From Candidatus Obscuribacteraceae bacterium (lineage in GTDB: Bacteria; Cyanobacteriota; Vampirovibrionia; Obscuribacterales; Obscuribacteraceae): a stretch of 64,000 nucleotides of DNA. A program made the position numbers and the translations under genes. The stretch lies in contig JBGAHS010000006.1 of assembly GCA_044226015.1 (NCBI GenBank), forward strand, positions 64,001 to 128,000, in the 5' to 3' direction. Of the stretch, positions 27,920 to 37,177 are shown piece by piece. The notes below the pieces were generated by a model that was not told where the DNA came from, made no database searches, and worked only from the letters and a program-made list of their open reading frames with translations. Every line of letters starts with the position of its first letter. Within the stretch, counting starts at the first letter, position 1.

Positions 27920-29013
27920 TCGGTACCCAGTTACTCGACCGCTATATTGCAAACGAATTCTGGCAGCCATTGCTGTTCGGTATCGGTATCGTAACCGGCG
28001 TATGGTTCGGTGCTGATCAATTGAAGACTATCTTCAATTTGATCATGAAGTCAGGTGTGCCACTGCATCTCGCGTTTGAGATCATCGGCTTGCACTTGCC
28101 TGAAATTATCGTATTAACCATTCCTATCGGTGTATTGCTCGGTACATTGCTTGTGTTCAATCGATTGTCTGGTGACTCAGAAATCATCGCTTTGCGTACA
28201 AGCGGCATCAGCTTCTATCGCATCATGGTGGCACCATTGATGTTTGGATTGCTGACCAGTATTGCTAGCTTCGGCATCAACGAATATGTTGTGCCGGTTG
28301 CAAACCGCACATCCAAAAAGCTTGAATTCGTTGCTTTGTACAAACAAAATCTGCCTGAAGGAACCGCAAACTTCACCTATATGGAGCGCGGAAAAGACCT
28401 TTCATTGAGCCGTGTGTATTACATTGGCTTGGCTGACAAAACTCAGATCAACAACGTTATCATTCTGGACTTCACCCGAGACAAGCTCGTTCAGATCATC
28501 AGCGCAGCACATGGTCTCTGGAACCACGGCGAGTGGATTCTACAAAAAGGGCGAACCTATGTTCTTGCTGGCGACAGTGACATCACAAGAATCATGAAGT
28601 TTGAATCGCTGGTCATTCCAGGCGTGCGAAATGCTGCTGAAGCATTGAAGTTAAACAAAGTGGCAGTCAAAGATATGAATATTGGAGAATTGTCTGCCTA
28701 CATTGATAACATGAAGAAAACTGGAGTAGTACCTCGTGACCTGATGGTTCGCTTCCACCAGAAGTTTTCGCAGCCACTGGCATGTTTGATCGTAGCATTG
28801 GCAGGTGCACCTCTGGGTCTGCTTGCACGCCGTTCACGAAGCAACCTTGGTCTTGTTTATTCAGCAGCAATCGTATTTTTGTATTACGTATTGCAATCAA
28901 GTTCTGGCGCGTTGGGTGATTCCGGTAGGCTCGATCCGATAGTAGCTGCATGGCTGCCGAACGCGGTCATCGGAACACTTGGTACCGTTATCCTCTATTT
29001 CAAAGCTCGATAA
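27916..29013 (+). CDS. lptG: LptF/LptG-family LPS export permease
   Basis: LLDRYIANE, RLSGDSEIIALRTSGIS, AAWLPN. F versus G cannot be resolved by eye. Confidence 0.9.
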   Translation: MIGTQLLDRYIANEFWQPLLFGIGIVTGVWFGADQLKTIFNLIMKSGVPLHLAFEIIGLHLPEIIVLTIPIGVLLGTLLVFNRLSGDSEIIALRTSGISFYRIMVAPLMFGLLTSIASFGINEYVVPVANRTSKKLEFVALYKQNLPEGTANFTYMERGKDLSLSRVYYIGLADKTQINNVIILDFTRDKLVQIISAAHGLWNHGEWILQKGRTYVLAGDSDITRIMKFESLVIPGVRNAAEALKLNKVAVKDMNIGELSAYIDNMKKTGVVPRDLMVRFHQKFSQPLACLIVALAGAPLGLLARRSRSNLGLVYSAAIVFLYYVLQSSSGALGDSGRLDPIVAAWLPNAVIGTLGTVILYFKAR

Positions 29014-29036
29014 GGTATAGCTCGTTATGATTATTT

Positions 29037-29066
29037 GGGAGACGGTTATCCGTCTCCCTTTTGTTT
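29037..29066 (+). terminator. Rho-independent terminator of the lpt operon
   Basis: GGGAGACGG-TTAT-CCGTCTCCC followed by TTTTGTTT. Confidence 0.85.
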
Positions 29067-29242
29067 GCGGATGCTCCTGCAGCTTTGATAGAGTTTAGAG
29101 CGGAATTGTTCGATGAAGAGATGCTCGCAATGTAGTGCTTACTATCTCATCTGCTACACTGAACTGAGTCAATCGCAGACTTACAGATGACAACGTGGTG
29201 TTGTTCTTGATACCACTGCTGAAAAATACGAGGCAAAAAAGA

Positions 29243-29761
29243 ATGAGTTTTCTTGTTATTAGTTCCAGTTTGAATTCTCAGAGCAAGAGTGCCATTCTTG
29301 CAAGCGAAGCAATGAAGCACCTAAAGGCCGCTGGAAAGACTGTTGAGTGGGTTGACTTAAGAGAAGTTGAACTTCCATTATGTGATGGCGAAAGGGCTTA
29401 TGGTCATCCGAATGTCGCGAAAATGGCCGCTAAGATCAAAGATGCCTCGTGCATACTAATCGGCGTGCCGATTTACAATTATGATTGTGGTGCCGCCGTA
29501 AAAAATCTACTTGAACTCACCGGTAAAGCATGGACGGAAAAGACTGTTGGCTTTCTCTGTGCTGCAGGTGGAAAGTCAAGCTACATGTCCATTATGGGAT
29601 TTGCAAATAGTCTAATGCTCGATTTTCGTTGTTTGATAATTCCTCGATTCGTTTACACTGATGGCTCTGCATTCAAAGAAAGCCAGATCATCGATAAGGA
29701 AATTAGCGAGCGCATTGAACAGCTTGTTCAAGCTGCCATCAAATACGATACCGCAGGCTAA
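29243..29761 (+). CDS. NADPH-dependent FMN reductase (flavodoxin-like)
   Basis: LVISSSLNSQSKS, GVPIYNY...AVKNLLE, K.VGF. ATG 29243 preferred. Confidence 0.9.
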   Translation: MSFLVISSSLNSQSKSAILASEAMKHLKAAGKTVEWVDLREVELPLCDGERAYGHPNVAKMAAKIKDASCILIGVPIYNYDCGAAVKNLLELTGKAWTEKTVGFLCAAGGKSSYMSIMGFANSLMLDFRCLIIPRFVYTDGSAFKESQIIDKEISERIEQLVQAAIKYDTAG

Positions 29762-29885
29762 TTGCGTGTAAGTCTGCAATTCTTGGAATTTGTCCAAGAA
29801 TTGCCTTACTTTCGTTCACGGGTATCAAGAAATTACGTTGTCTCAACTGGAAGAGTAGCTCGCAATTGCGCTGCTCTTCTTTGTT

Positions 29886-30290
29886 TTAGAAACCCCTATA
29901 ACCCAAGACCACAAGCAGGCAAGGTCCACCATAAATAACGTTGAGTCCAGCCTTCTCAGCTTTCTCAATTGCAGCCGTACTTTCTGCTCCGGGTTGTATC
30001 CAGATATTTTTGACACCACTAGCAATGGCATCGTCTATTATGCGATCTGTAACATGAGGCTGCGTAATGACAGAAATTGATTCGACTTTTTCTGGCAGCG
30101 ATGCGATGTCTTTGAATACAGGATTTCCTAGAATTTCCTTGCTGTTCGGGTTTATGGGGTAAGCCTTGCGACCTTTGTCCAGATAGCATTTGTAGCATCG
30201 ATAACCGTATTTGTAGGTGTCTTCACTTGCACCGGCAACTCCAAACACCGGAGCTGCAAGAAATGCCTCAATTTTTTCGTCGATAGTCAT
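29886..30290 (-). CDS. CoA-binding domain protein (YccU-like)
   Basis: VAGASEDTYKYG, YPINP, IWIQPGAES, CLLV. Confidence 0.9.
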   Translation of the reverse strand: MTIDEKIEAFLAAPVFGVAGASEDTYKYGYRCYKCYLDKGRKAYPINPNSKEILGNPVFKDIASLPEKVESISVITQPHVTDRIIDDAIASGVKNIWIQPGAESTAAIEKAEKAGLNVIYGGPCLLVVLGYRGF

Positions 30291-30452
30291 GATATTACCT
30301 GAGATGAAATGATGCTAAGAAATCAGCCTTGAAATCCGTCTGATAGCGGATTAGCGGACTGGGAGAATACGTATTGACTCAGAGCCCTATTCAAATTAAT
30401 GTTCTATATATCTTAAAGCTATTCACGACGACTTCACGCTTCTTGTTGCAAG

Positions 30453-31799
30453 ATGACTAATTCTTCCAATGTCATGAGAAACCGACGGGCTGCTCCGCCT
30501 AAAGCTCTATTCGCTATAGGGGCGTTGCTTATTGTCGCGGTTACTGTTCCAATCGCAGCTCAGCATATGGGTGCGGTTCAATTTCCAGACCTCAGCAAAT
30601 TGGTTCCGACAAAGAATGTCGATACTCAAAAAGATGCTTCAGCTGAAAAGGTCAAAACTTCCTTTGCCGTGGCGAGTAACGGTACTGCAACTTACGTGCA
30701 AGCGCTCGATCATGCTGCAGCTCAGTTGTCTTCTGAAATTCAACATCGACCGTCCGATCCTTCGCTGCAGAATCGACTCGGGCTCATTTATCTCACTCTG
30801 GGTGATTCCAAAGCGGCAGAGCAGTGCTTTCAGAATGCTGTTACTCTGAGCAGGGGCGCGATTTCGGCTTACGCAACAAATGTCGAAAAATTCAAAGGAC
30901 AGGGCAAAATGTCCGATGCTTCCAAGCAGGTCTTGGAGGCGTCTCAAGCCTCTATCGAACTGGCAGCGGCCCATTCCAACCTCGCGAGAGTGTACGACCA
31001 GAGAGGTGACCGAAAGGCTGTCATCGCTGAACTTGACCAGATTAACAAAGACGGAGCGCTCTTTAGCTCTGGCTTTGGAACAGGCACTAACAACGGTAAA
31101 TTGAGTTCTAATGACGGCAATTTGAGTGCAAGAGATACTCAGATGCTTGCTCAAGCAGAGTCAATGTTTAAGGCCAATCAGCTAGGACCCGCGTTGGAAA
31201 CATACCGCAGGCTTGCTGAAGCGAACCCCAGATTGGCTTTTGTTCAAGACCGAATCGGCTTGATTTCAGTAATGACTGGTGATGTGAATTCCGGTATAGA
31301 AGCCTGGGAAAAGGCTGCTAAGCTTAACCCTGGCTCTGCGACGATACAAGGCAATCTGGGACTTGCATATCATCAACTCGGCATGGACAAAGAGTCGGAG
31401 TCTTCTTTCCGTAAGGCACTTGTACTCAACCCCTCTTTGGAAGAAGCCGCTCTAAATCTTGGCGAATTGCTTTCTGCAAAAGGTGACTTTAAGGGCGCTG
31501 TTGCAGTCATGAGCGATGCAACCAAGCACTGTCCAAACTCAGCAAGAGCCGCAAACAATTTGGGCACCATGCTTTCTATGTCTGGAAATTACAGTGACGC
31601 AATTTCTTCGTTCCACAGAGCAATTCGGCTTGACCCTGGAATGTCGTCAGCTCATTATGGAATGGGAATGGCGCTGATGAAGATGCATAAATATGCAGCT
31701 GCTATACCTGAATTGAAAATTGCATTAGCGCTCAATGGCAAGCTGATTGACGCACAGAATAAGATTGAGGAAGCTCAGAAGGCTTTGTCGAGACACTAA
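30453..31799 (+). CDS. Membrane-anchored/exported TPR protein
   Basis: N-terminal hydrophobic helix and multiple 34-aa TPRs (NLGLAYHQLG, NNLGTMLSMSG). Confidence 0.85.
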   Translation: MTNSSNVMRNRRAAPPKALFAIGALLIVAVTVPIAAQHMGAVQFPDLSKLVPTKNVDTQKDASAEKVKTSFAVASNGTATYVQALDHAAAQLSSEIQHRPSDPSLQNRLGLIYLTLGDSKAAEQCFQNAVTLSRGAISAYATNVEKFKGQGKMSDASKQVLEASQASIELAAAHSNLARVYDQRGDRKAVIAELDQINKDGALFSSGFGTGTNNGKLSSNDGNLSARDTQMLAQAESMFKANQLGPALETYRRLAEANPRLAFVQDRIGLISVMTGDVNSGIEAWEKAAKLNPGSATIQGNLGLAYHQLGMDKESESSFRKALVLNPSLEEAALNLGELLSAKGDFKGAVAVMSDATKHCPNSARAANNLGTMLSMSGNYSDAISSFHRAIRLDPGMSSAHYGMGMALMKMHKYAAAIPELKIALALNGKLIDAQNKIEEAQKALSRH

Positions 31800-31805
31800 A
31801 CTGAA

Positions 31806-32552
31806 ATGGAAAAATCAGTTGTCGCTTTGCTAGGTCCCTCCGGAAGCGGAAAATCCAGCATAGGTCAATGTATAGCCAGAAAACTTGATTGGGATTTTCT
31901 CGACTCAGACCGCGAAATAGAAGTTCTGACTGGACTTAGCATCGCTGAGATCTTCCGAAAAAACGGCGAAGCAGCGTTCAGGAACCTGGAGAAACTGTTT
32001 CTTGAGAATCTAGTTTTCTCCCTTGGTTCAGGACTTTCGAATCTTGGTAAAGGTATTCGAAGCCAGTTGGAAGCCGGTGCTCCCAGCTGTGAAGCGGTTT
32101 CTTCTACTGCAGAAGCGGTTTCTTTCGTTGGGCAAGCGAGTTCTTCCACAGGTGAACCCAAACTGGAAGTGGCTTCTTACAGAGCTGGCGGATGTGTTCT
32201 TTCGACTGGAGGAGGAATGCCAATATTTAATGACAACATTGCACTTCTTCAATCGTTCGCTACCCTTGTATACCTGACAGCGCCGCTTGAAGTTCTTGTT
32301 ACACGAATAAAAACGAGCGAAAATCGTCCTTTGCTTTCCGGCTCTGAGACTAAAAGGCACGAGGTGACAGATAATGAGTTAATTTTGCGACTTGGCAAGC
32401 TAATTGCTGAAAGAGAGAGCATTTACAACCTTGCCCGGTATAGAATTGACACGTCATCGTCCAGTCCAGAACAGCTAGCTGATGACATCATCGAAATGGC
32501 GGGTCTCGTTTCGCAGCCCGCTGCTCAGGGTAGGATCATTCACGAGACGTGA
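31806..32552 (+). CDS. aroK: Shikimate kinase with an internal low-complexity insertion
   Basis: GPSGSGKSSIG, FLDSDREIE, GEAAFRNLE, VLSTGGG, RPLL, ER..IY. Confidence 0.9.
   Translation: MEKSVVALLGPSGSGKSSIGQCIARKLDWDFLDSDREIEVLTGLSIAEIFRKNGEAAFRNLEKLFLENLVFSLGSGLSNLGKGIRSQLEAGAPSCEAVSSTAEAVSFVGQASSSTGEPKLEVASYRAGGCVLSTGGGMPIFNDNIALLQSFATLVYLTAPLEVLVTRIKTSENRPLLSGSETKRHEVTDNELILRLGKLIAERESIYNLARYRIDTSSSSPEQLADDIIEMAGLVSQPAAQGRIIHET
32070..32153 (+). repeat. Four degenerate 21-bp tandem repeats inside aroK
   Basis: gaagccggtgctcccagctgt / gaagcggtttcttctactgca / gaagcggtttctttcgttggg / caagcgagttcttccacaggt (EAGAPSC EAVSSTA EAVSFVG QASSSTG). Confidence 0.7.
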
Positions 32553-32569
32553 GCACGGAGGGTTAAGGC

Positions 32570-33178
32570 TTGACGGTCACCCAGGAAGAATTGATGTTTT
32601 TGCAGTCCCAGCTGGAAGGGTTAGAATCCATCTTCCTGGAACTTATTCCATTTGGTGTTGAGCTCAAAAGACAGCACGTTCAAGATTACTACGAAAAACG
32701 TTTTGATCAGGCTACACGACCAACTGCTAACGTGGCTGAAAATGAGCTGAAGCGTCAGTTCAACACGAAAGCTAACAACGTGAGAAATCTTGTGGATGCC
32801 GCTGAGTCATTGGGCGACGCAGGCAACAAGTTGAACCTGATTCGTGCTGCGGCAACATTACCAGATGAGCGCACCAAACCTTTGAAAGGCAACATGGCTG
32901 CAGTTTGCCAGAAATTGCTCTATGAAAATTCTCTTGACCAACAGTCTCTTGCCCAGGCGATGGCTAGTGGCGATCTCGCACATGTCGAAGCTCGTGTCTT
33001 GCTTGGTTCACTAATGTTTTTGATAGTTGATCAGTTGGAATGCAACGGGCAGCAAGTCTCGGTGCAAGAACTGCTCGGTAAAATAATTCAGTTCGTCAGT
33101 CAGCGAGGCATACTCGCTCGCAACGATCCATTTCTGATAGAAGCGCAATGTGCGCTTGAAGCAATGTCAGACGAATAG
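32570..33178 (+). CDS. Hypothetical helical protein
   Basis: Strong RBS GGAGG upstream of TTG; 202 aa; lies between aroK and aroQ. Confidence 0.75.
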   Translation: MTVTQEELMFLQSQLEGLESIFLELIPFGVELKRQHVQDYYEKRFDQATRPTANVAENELKRQFNTKANNVRNLVDAAESLGDAGNKLNLIRAAATLPDERTKPLKGNMAAVCQKLLYENSLDQQSLAQAMASGDLAHVEARVLLGSLMFLIVDQLECNGQQVSVQELLGKIIQFVSQRGILARNDPFLIEAQCALEAMSDE

Positions 33179-33208
33179 CATTTCGCCTAGATTGGAATTC
33201 CGGCTGCG

Positions 33209-33667
33209 ATGAGCACCAACCTGCCCTTAAAAATTCAAGTAATCAATGGACCGAATCTCAACTTGCTTGGGAAGAGGGAACCAGATCTCTATGGAGCCGT
33301 TACCCTGGATGACATCAGTCGTGGTCTGGCTGACTGTGCGCGAGAGCTGAATATAGAAATTCAGTTTTACCAGTCGAATATCGAAGGTGAACTCGTCACA
33401 ATGGTTCAGAAAGCACGCGAAAGAGGCATTGATGGCATCCTCATAAACCCGGGTGCTTATACGCACACATCCATTGCCATTCGCGATGCACTACTGGCGG
33501 TGAACATTCCTTTTGTCGAGGTGCATGTCACCAATACTTTTTCCCGCGAGTCGTTCAGGCAGCAGAGCTACTTGTCAGACGTCGCGGCGGGCGTAGTTGT
33601 TGGCTTCGGACCTCAGGGCTATGAACTAGCTCTGCTTGGACTTGTAGGGCGTCTCAAGTCGCGCTGA
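33209..33667 (+). CDS. aroQ: Type II 3-dehydroquinate dehydratase
   Basis: INGPNLNLLGKREPDLYG, QSNIEGELV, INPGAYTHTSIAIRDAL, VEVHVTN. Confidence 0.97.
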   Translation: MSTNLPLKIQVINGPNLNLLGKREPDLYGAVTLDDISRGLADCARELNIEIQFYQSNIEGELVTMVQKARERGIDGILINPGAYTHTSIAIRDALLAVNIPFVEVHVTNTFSRESFRQQSYLSDVAAGVVVGFGPQGYELALLGLVGRLKSR

Positions 33668-33795
33668 TTCTAAATTTTAAAAGAATAAGCCGGAGGGTAC
33701 TGCAATCCAGAACAGCTCCCTACGGCTCATTCGCATTTGTTTCATCGCATGAGAACAGTCTAGGCTGCGCAGGTAAAGAAGTTGTGGAAGGAGAA

Positions 33796-35178
33796 TCAAG
33801 CGCTTCTTAAATTTGCTTCTTCCGAACTACTGAATTTTCGCTGGAGGGCAACAAAGCGTGAGTGTCCTGATTGGCGATGTGAAGCTTGCGACAACTGCTT
33901 ACAAGCAAGCTGTTCGTTAGAGATATCCTTGCCGGACCTCAGTCCAGCTCGGCGAAGCGCTGAGCGTGCGCCACCCGTACCGGTCTGATTTACAAGATCG
34001 CAAACAAGAGCTATGCCGAGTTCACTCTTAAAGCCAAATTCTTGAGCAAGCTTGATAGATGATTTGACGAATTGCCTGGCAAGTTCAACCTGGGTGGCTT
34101 GCATTGCTTTATTGTGCAGAGCTTTGTCCATGCGCGTCATCAGATCTGGATCTGCCGACATGTTGTAGTTCCTTACCCAGGACTCCGAGCAGAGTTTGTC
34201 GCTATATTTCTCGCCGAATATCTCATTGAATTCACGGGGATTCTTTGATTGCCATGCCTTCAGAAGTGTTGGCAGTTCGCCCACTTTCTGGTTCCATTGT
34301 CTGATGCCAATTGAAATGCCATAACCGCAATCGTTTCGATTTAGGGAGACAAAATTGCCTTCATTGCCACTGACTGCGTGAACTACCTGGTCAATGAACT
34401 GTTTCTGATTCAGATGATCGCTGAGCTTCGAATTTGCAGATCCCTTGCTCTGTAATTCCTTTCTGTATCTTGCGAAGATTGAACTGCGTTCGCCACCGGC
34501 TCCCGAAAATCCTGACCCATCTGACGAACGAAGCCCAACGTGATCAGAATATCTTGAACTTGGAATTTGCAAAGAGTCAGTGCTCAATATCATTGGCGGT
34601 GGCATTTCGCTATTGAAAATACTCTGCCAGTTTTGGGTATAGCTTGCATCAGGGTTGTGCATGTGAAGATAAGAAATCACATCTCGCAATGCTGCTTTTT
34701 GTTCAGGACTGAGAGTATTGCTGTCTTTATCGTATTCAAATGAAATTAGCACTCTAGGATTTATGGTCCCTTCGAGCTGGGCAGTACGTAAAGGATTAAG
34801 CTCAATGCTGCCATCTCTGCGTATAATCAAATCTGAATTTTTGTCTCTGCTTGATTCTTCAAGATCTTCAGCATTTTCCAGAAGTGTCTGAACCTTCTCA
34901 ACTTGCTGCTTTTGCAAGGCGAGGTCAAGAATCTCAAAGCGCTCAGCCGAGGAACTTGCACTCTTTATTGTGAATCTGTTCTCTGGTACTGCCTGCGGTG
35001 CCAGAAATGTTAATTCCGGCAAGGCATTTCTAGCCGAATCATTAGATTCGGAATGAGTCTCATGACTGAAAGCTTGTTTTAGTCCAAGCAAACCAACTGC
35101 GGTTTGCTCCAATGAGTTGAGAATATGTTGAAACGAGGAATCACGATGTTTTTCCGAACCAAAAATATCTGCAGCCAA
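33796..35178 (-). CDS. Putative peptidoglycan hydrolase: polar leader, degenerate amidase_2-like segment, C-terminal lysozyme-like domain
   Basis: VSGNEGNFVSLNRND.GYGISIGIRQWN..GELPTLL...Q..Q...GFKSELGIALVCDLVNQTGTGG resembles lysozyme-superfamily muramidases (candidate catalytic E273). TTG start with GCAGG upstream. Confidence 0.65.
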   Translation of the reverse strand: MAADIFGSEKHRDSSFQHILNSLEQTAVGLLGLKQAFSHETHSESNDSARNALPELTFLAPQAVPENRFTIKSASSSAERFEILDLALQKQQVEKVQTLLENAEDLEESSRDKNSDLIIRRDGSIELNPLRTAQLEGTINPRVLISFEYDKDSNTLSPEQKAALRDVISYLHMHNPDASYTQNWQSIFNSEMPPPMILSTDSLQIPSSRYSDHVGLRSSDGSGFSGAGGERSSIFARYRKELQSKGSANSKLSDHLNQKQFIDQVVHAVSGNEGNFVSLNRNDCGYGISIGIRQWNQKVGELPTLLKAWQSKNPREFNEIFGEKYSDKLCSESWVRNYNMSADPDLMTRMDKALHNKAMQATQVELARQFVKSSIKLAQEFGFKSELGIALVCDLVNQTGTGGARSALRRAGLRSGKDISNEQLACKQLSQASHRQSGHSRFVALQRKFSSSEEANLRSA

Positions 35179-35441
35179 TAAACCTGCGCTCTAAATGTCT
35201 GCCAACCTTACTCCAATGGATATATAGCCCAAAATCATAATTTACTAATATGGGAAAATTACGTAAGTGTAATGAATATCGCCTTCAAATATTAAATCCT
35301 GCAATTACCCGTGGTTGAATGGTTCCGGGAACCGAGTCTTTCTAGCCTTAGTCCGCGCTAGGGTGCTAAAGGTTCAGACCAGTTATAATCAACAACTGGT
35401 GTAAAGCGGCATGAGAGCCGGTAGTTCTGGAGGCCAGATTC

Positions 35442-36479
35442 ATGTTTAAGACCAACTGTACACTCTCTAGTGTCATGTTGAATGCAGTTTTTATAGGGCT
35501 GTCAACAATCGTAGCCCTGGCTCCGCTCGCTCAGGCGGAAGATGCCGCCCCGGCAGATGCCAGCGCTGGCGCAAGTACAGCTGCTAGCACGAGTAGTGAG
35601 GAAACTCCGGCCCCTGAAAAGTCTAAGAAGGCGAAGAAAGAAAAGAAAGACTCGAAATCGTGGAATGGTCAGTGGCCCAAGAAAGGCGATGCTGCAGATA
35701 AGGGTTCGGAAGCTGCAGTGATAAACAGAGAAAACGGGGAAGAACCCGAAATTAAAACGGATGCAGATAAGAGACCTGACAAAGACGAAAAGAAAGAGTC
35801 AAAAGCTGGGCTTGATCCCAATCGGCCCTTTAACCCGGAAGCTATCAAAGAGTACAACCAGGGCGTTGAGTTTCAACAACAAGACATGTTGAATCAGGCA
35901 ATTCAAAAATACAAGCATGCAATCGAACTCGATGAGAGGCTAGAGAGAGCCTGGTGTAATCTCGGTTTGATCTATACCTCGCAGAGAAATTTCAGCAAAG
36001 CAAATGATGCGTTCAAGAAAGCTCTTGTACTAAAACCAAACAATCCTTATTCGCTAAACGGCATGGGAAGCGTACTTTACTCGAAGAATAAACTGCCGGA
36101 AGCGATGGAAAAATGGCAAAAAGCTATTGAAGTCGACCCCAATTTCTTCTCTGTTTATTTCAATATGGGTAATGCCTGGGACAACGAAAAGCAGTTCGAG
36201 AAAGCTCTAGATAACTACGTTATGACCATCAAAACGAATGGTCAAATGGCTGAACCCTATTACAAGATTGGTTTGATCTTCGAAAAGCAAAAGCACACCG
36301 CGCAGGCCCAAGCAATGCTAAATCGCGCGATACAGCTTAATCCTGAGGGCGAATTCGTTGCTGATGCTAAGCGCCAATTAGCCGCGCTTGATGGAGTAAT
36401 GGGCAAAGACGAAGGCACCGATGGTGATATCAAAATGCGAGTTTTGGCTCCGCCAAGTCCTGAAGAAAGCAACAAGTAA
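35442..36479 (+). CDS. Exported TPR protein
   Basis: GGAGG RBS, signal peptide (..APLAQA-E), acidic/Lys linker and about 5 TPRs. Confidence 0.85.
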   Translation: MFKTNCTLSSVMLNAVFIGLSTIVALAPLAQAEDAAPADASAGASTAASTSSEETPAPEKSKKAKKEKKDSKSWNGQWPKKGDAADKGSEAAVINRENGEEPEIKTDADKRPDKDEKKESKAGLDPNRPFNPEAIKEYNQGVEFQQQDMLNQAIQKYKHAIELDERLERAWCNLGLIYTSQRNFSKANDAFKKALVLKPNNPYSLNGMGSVLYSKNKLPEAMEKWQKAIEVDPNFFSVYFNMGNAWDNEKQFEKALDNYVMTIKTNGQMAEPYYKIGLIFEKQKHTAQAQAMLNRAIQLNPEGEFVADAKRQLAALDGVMGKDEGTDGDIKMRVLAPPSPEESNK

Positions 36480-37048
36480 TGGTCGAATTTGCTGAAAAAC
36501 AGCGAGAGATTGCCTCTCTCATCGATGGGGAGGTTATCGATGATAGTGACCGCGTTGCCGTTTGCATCAAAGGAACTGTCAACGGGTTTCCGGCTCAGCT
36601 TGAAACCTTTATGACCGGCTGGCCTTTTAACGTGACTTATGTGGTCGAAAGCAACAAGGAGCGACCTGAAGACTTCGACCCGCAGGATGGAGCAAAAATC
36701 TCAGTTCTGCCTCGCTTGGGTCAGGGGCTCTGGGGCATTTTTACTCATATCTTTTTGTTCGAAAGCAAAGGCATGTCCATTAGCGACAAGAAGCTCGAGA
36801 AGAAGCTGATTTTTAGTTATGACCTGCGCGACCCAACGTTGCGCTTGCTCAAATATCCTGGAGTCGGCGAGAGCTTGCTTGTGCTCGAGGAAGATTGCAA
36901 ATTGAAGGAAATGACCATTAAAACCAATGCTGGTCTATATTTCATTCAAGGAACCACTTTCGATCAACTGGATACGGACTTGTGCCATGCCACTTTTAAT
37001 TACCTGGGGCAGATGGCTCAGGTTATGGCAGAGCTCTTTAATTCATAA
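36479..37048 (+). CDS. Hypothetical protein
   Basis: TAATG stop/start overlap with the upstream TPR gene; 189 aa. Confidence 0.75.
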   Translation: MVEFAEKQREIASLIDGEVIDDSDRVAVCIKGTVNGFPAQLETFMTGWPFNVTYVVESNKERPEDFDPQDGAKISVLPRLGQGLWGIFTHIFLFESKGMSISDKKLEKKLIFSYDLRDPTLRLLKYPGVGESLLVLEEDCKLKEMTIKTNAGLYFIQGTTFDQLDTDLCHATFNYLGQMAQVMAELFNS

Positions 37049-37177
37049 ATAGTCGGCGTATTTTATCCAACAAAAACGTTCACAAAAGCGCATTAATTCA
37101 AGCGTTCAGTTATTACTTTCAGACTTTAGGGTATAAAAATAATACGGGTTTAATTTACTGGTTCAGGAGACAAATGA

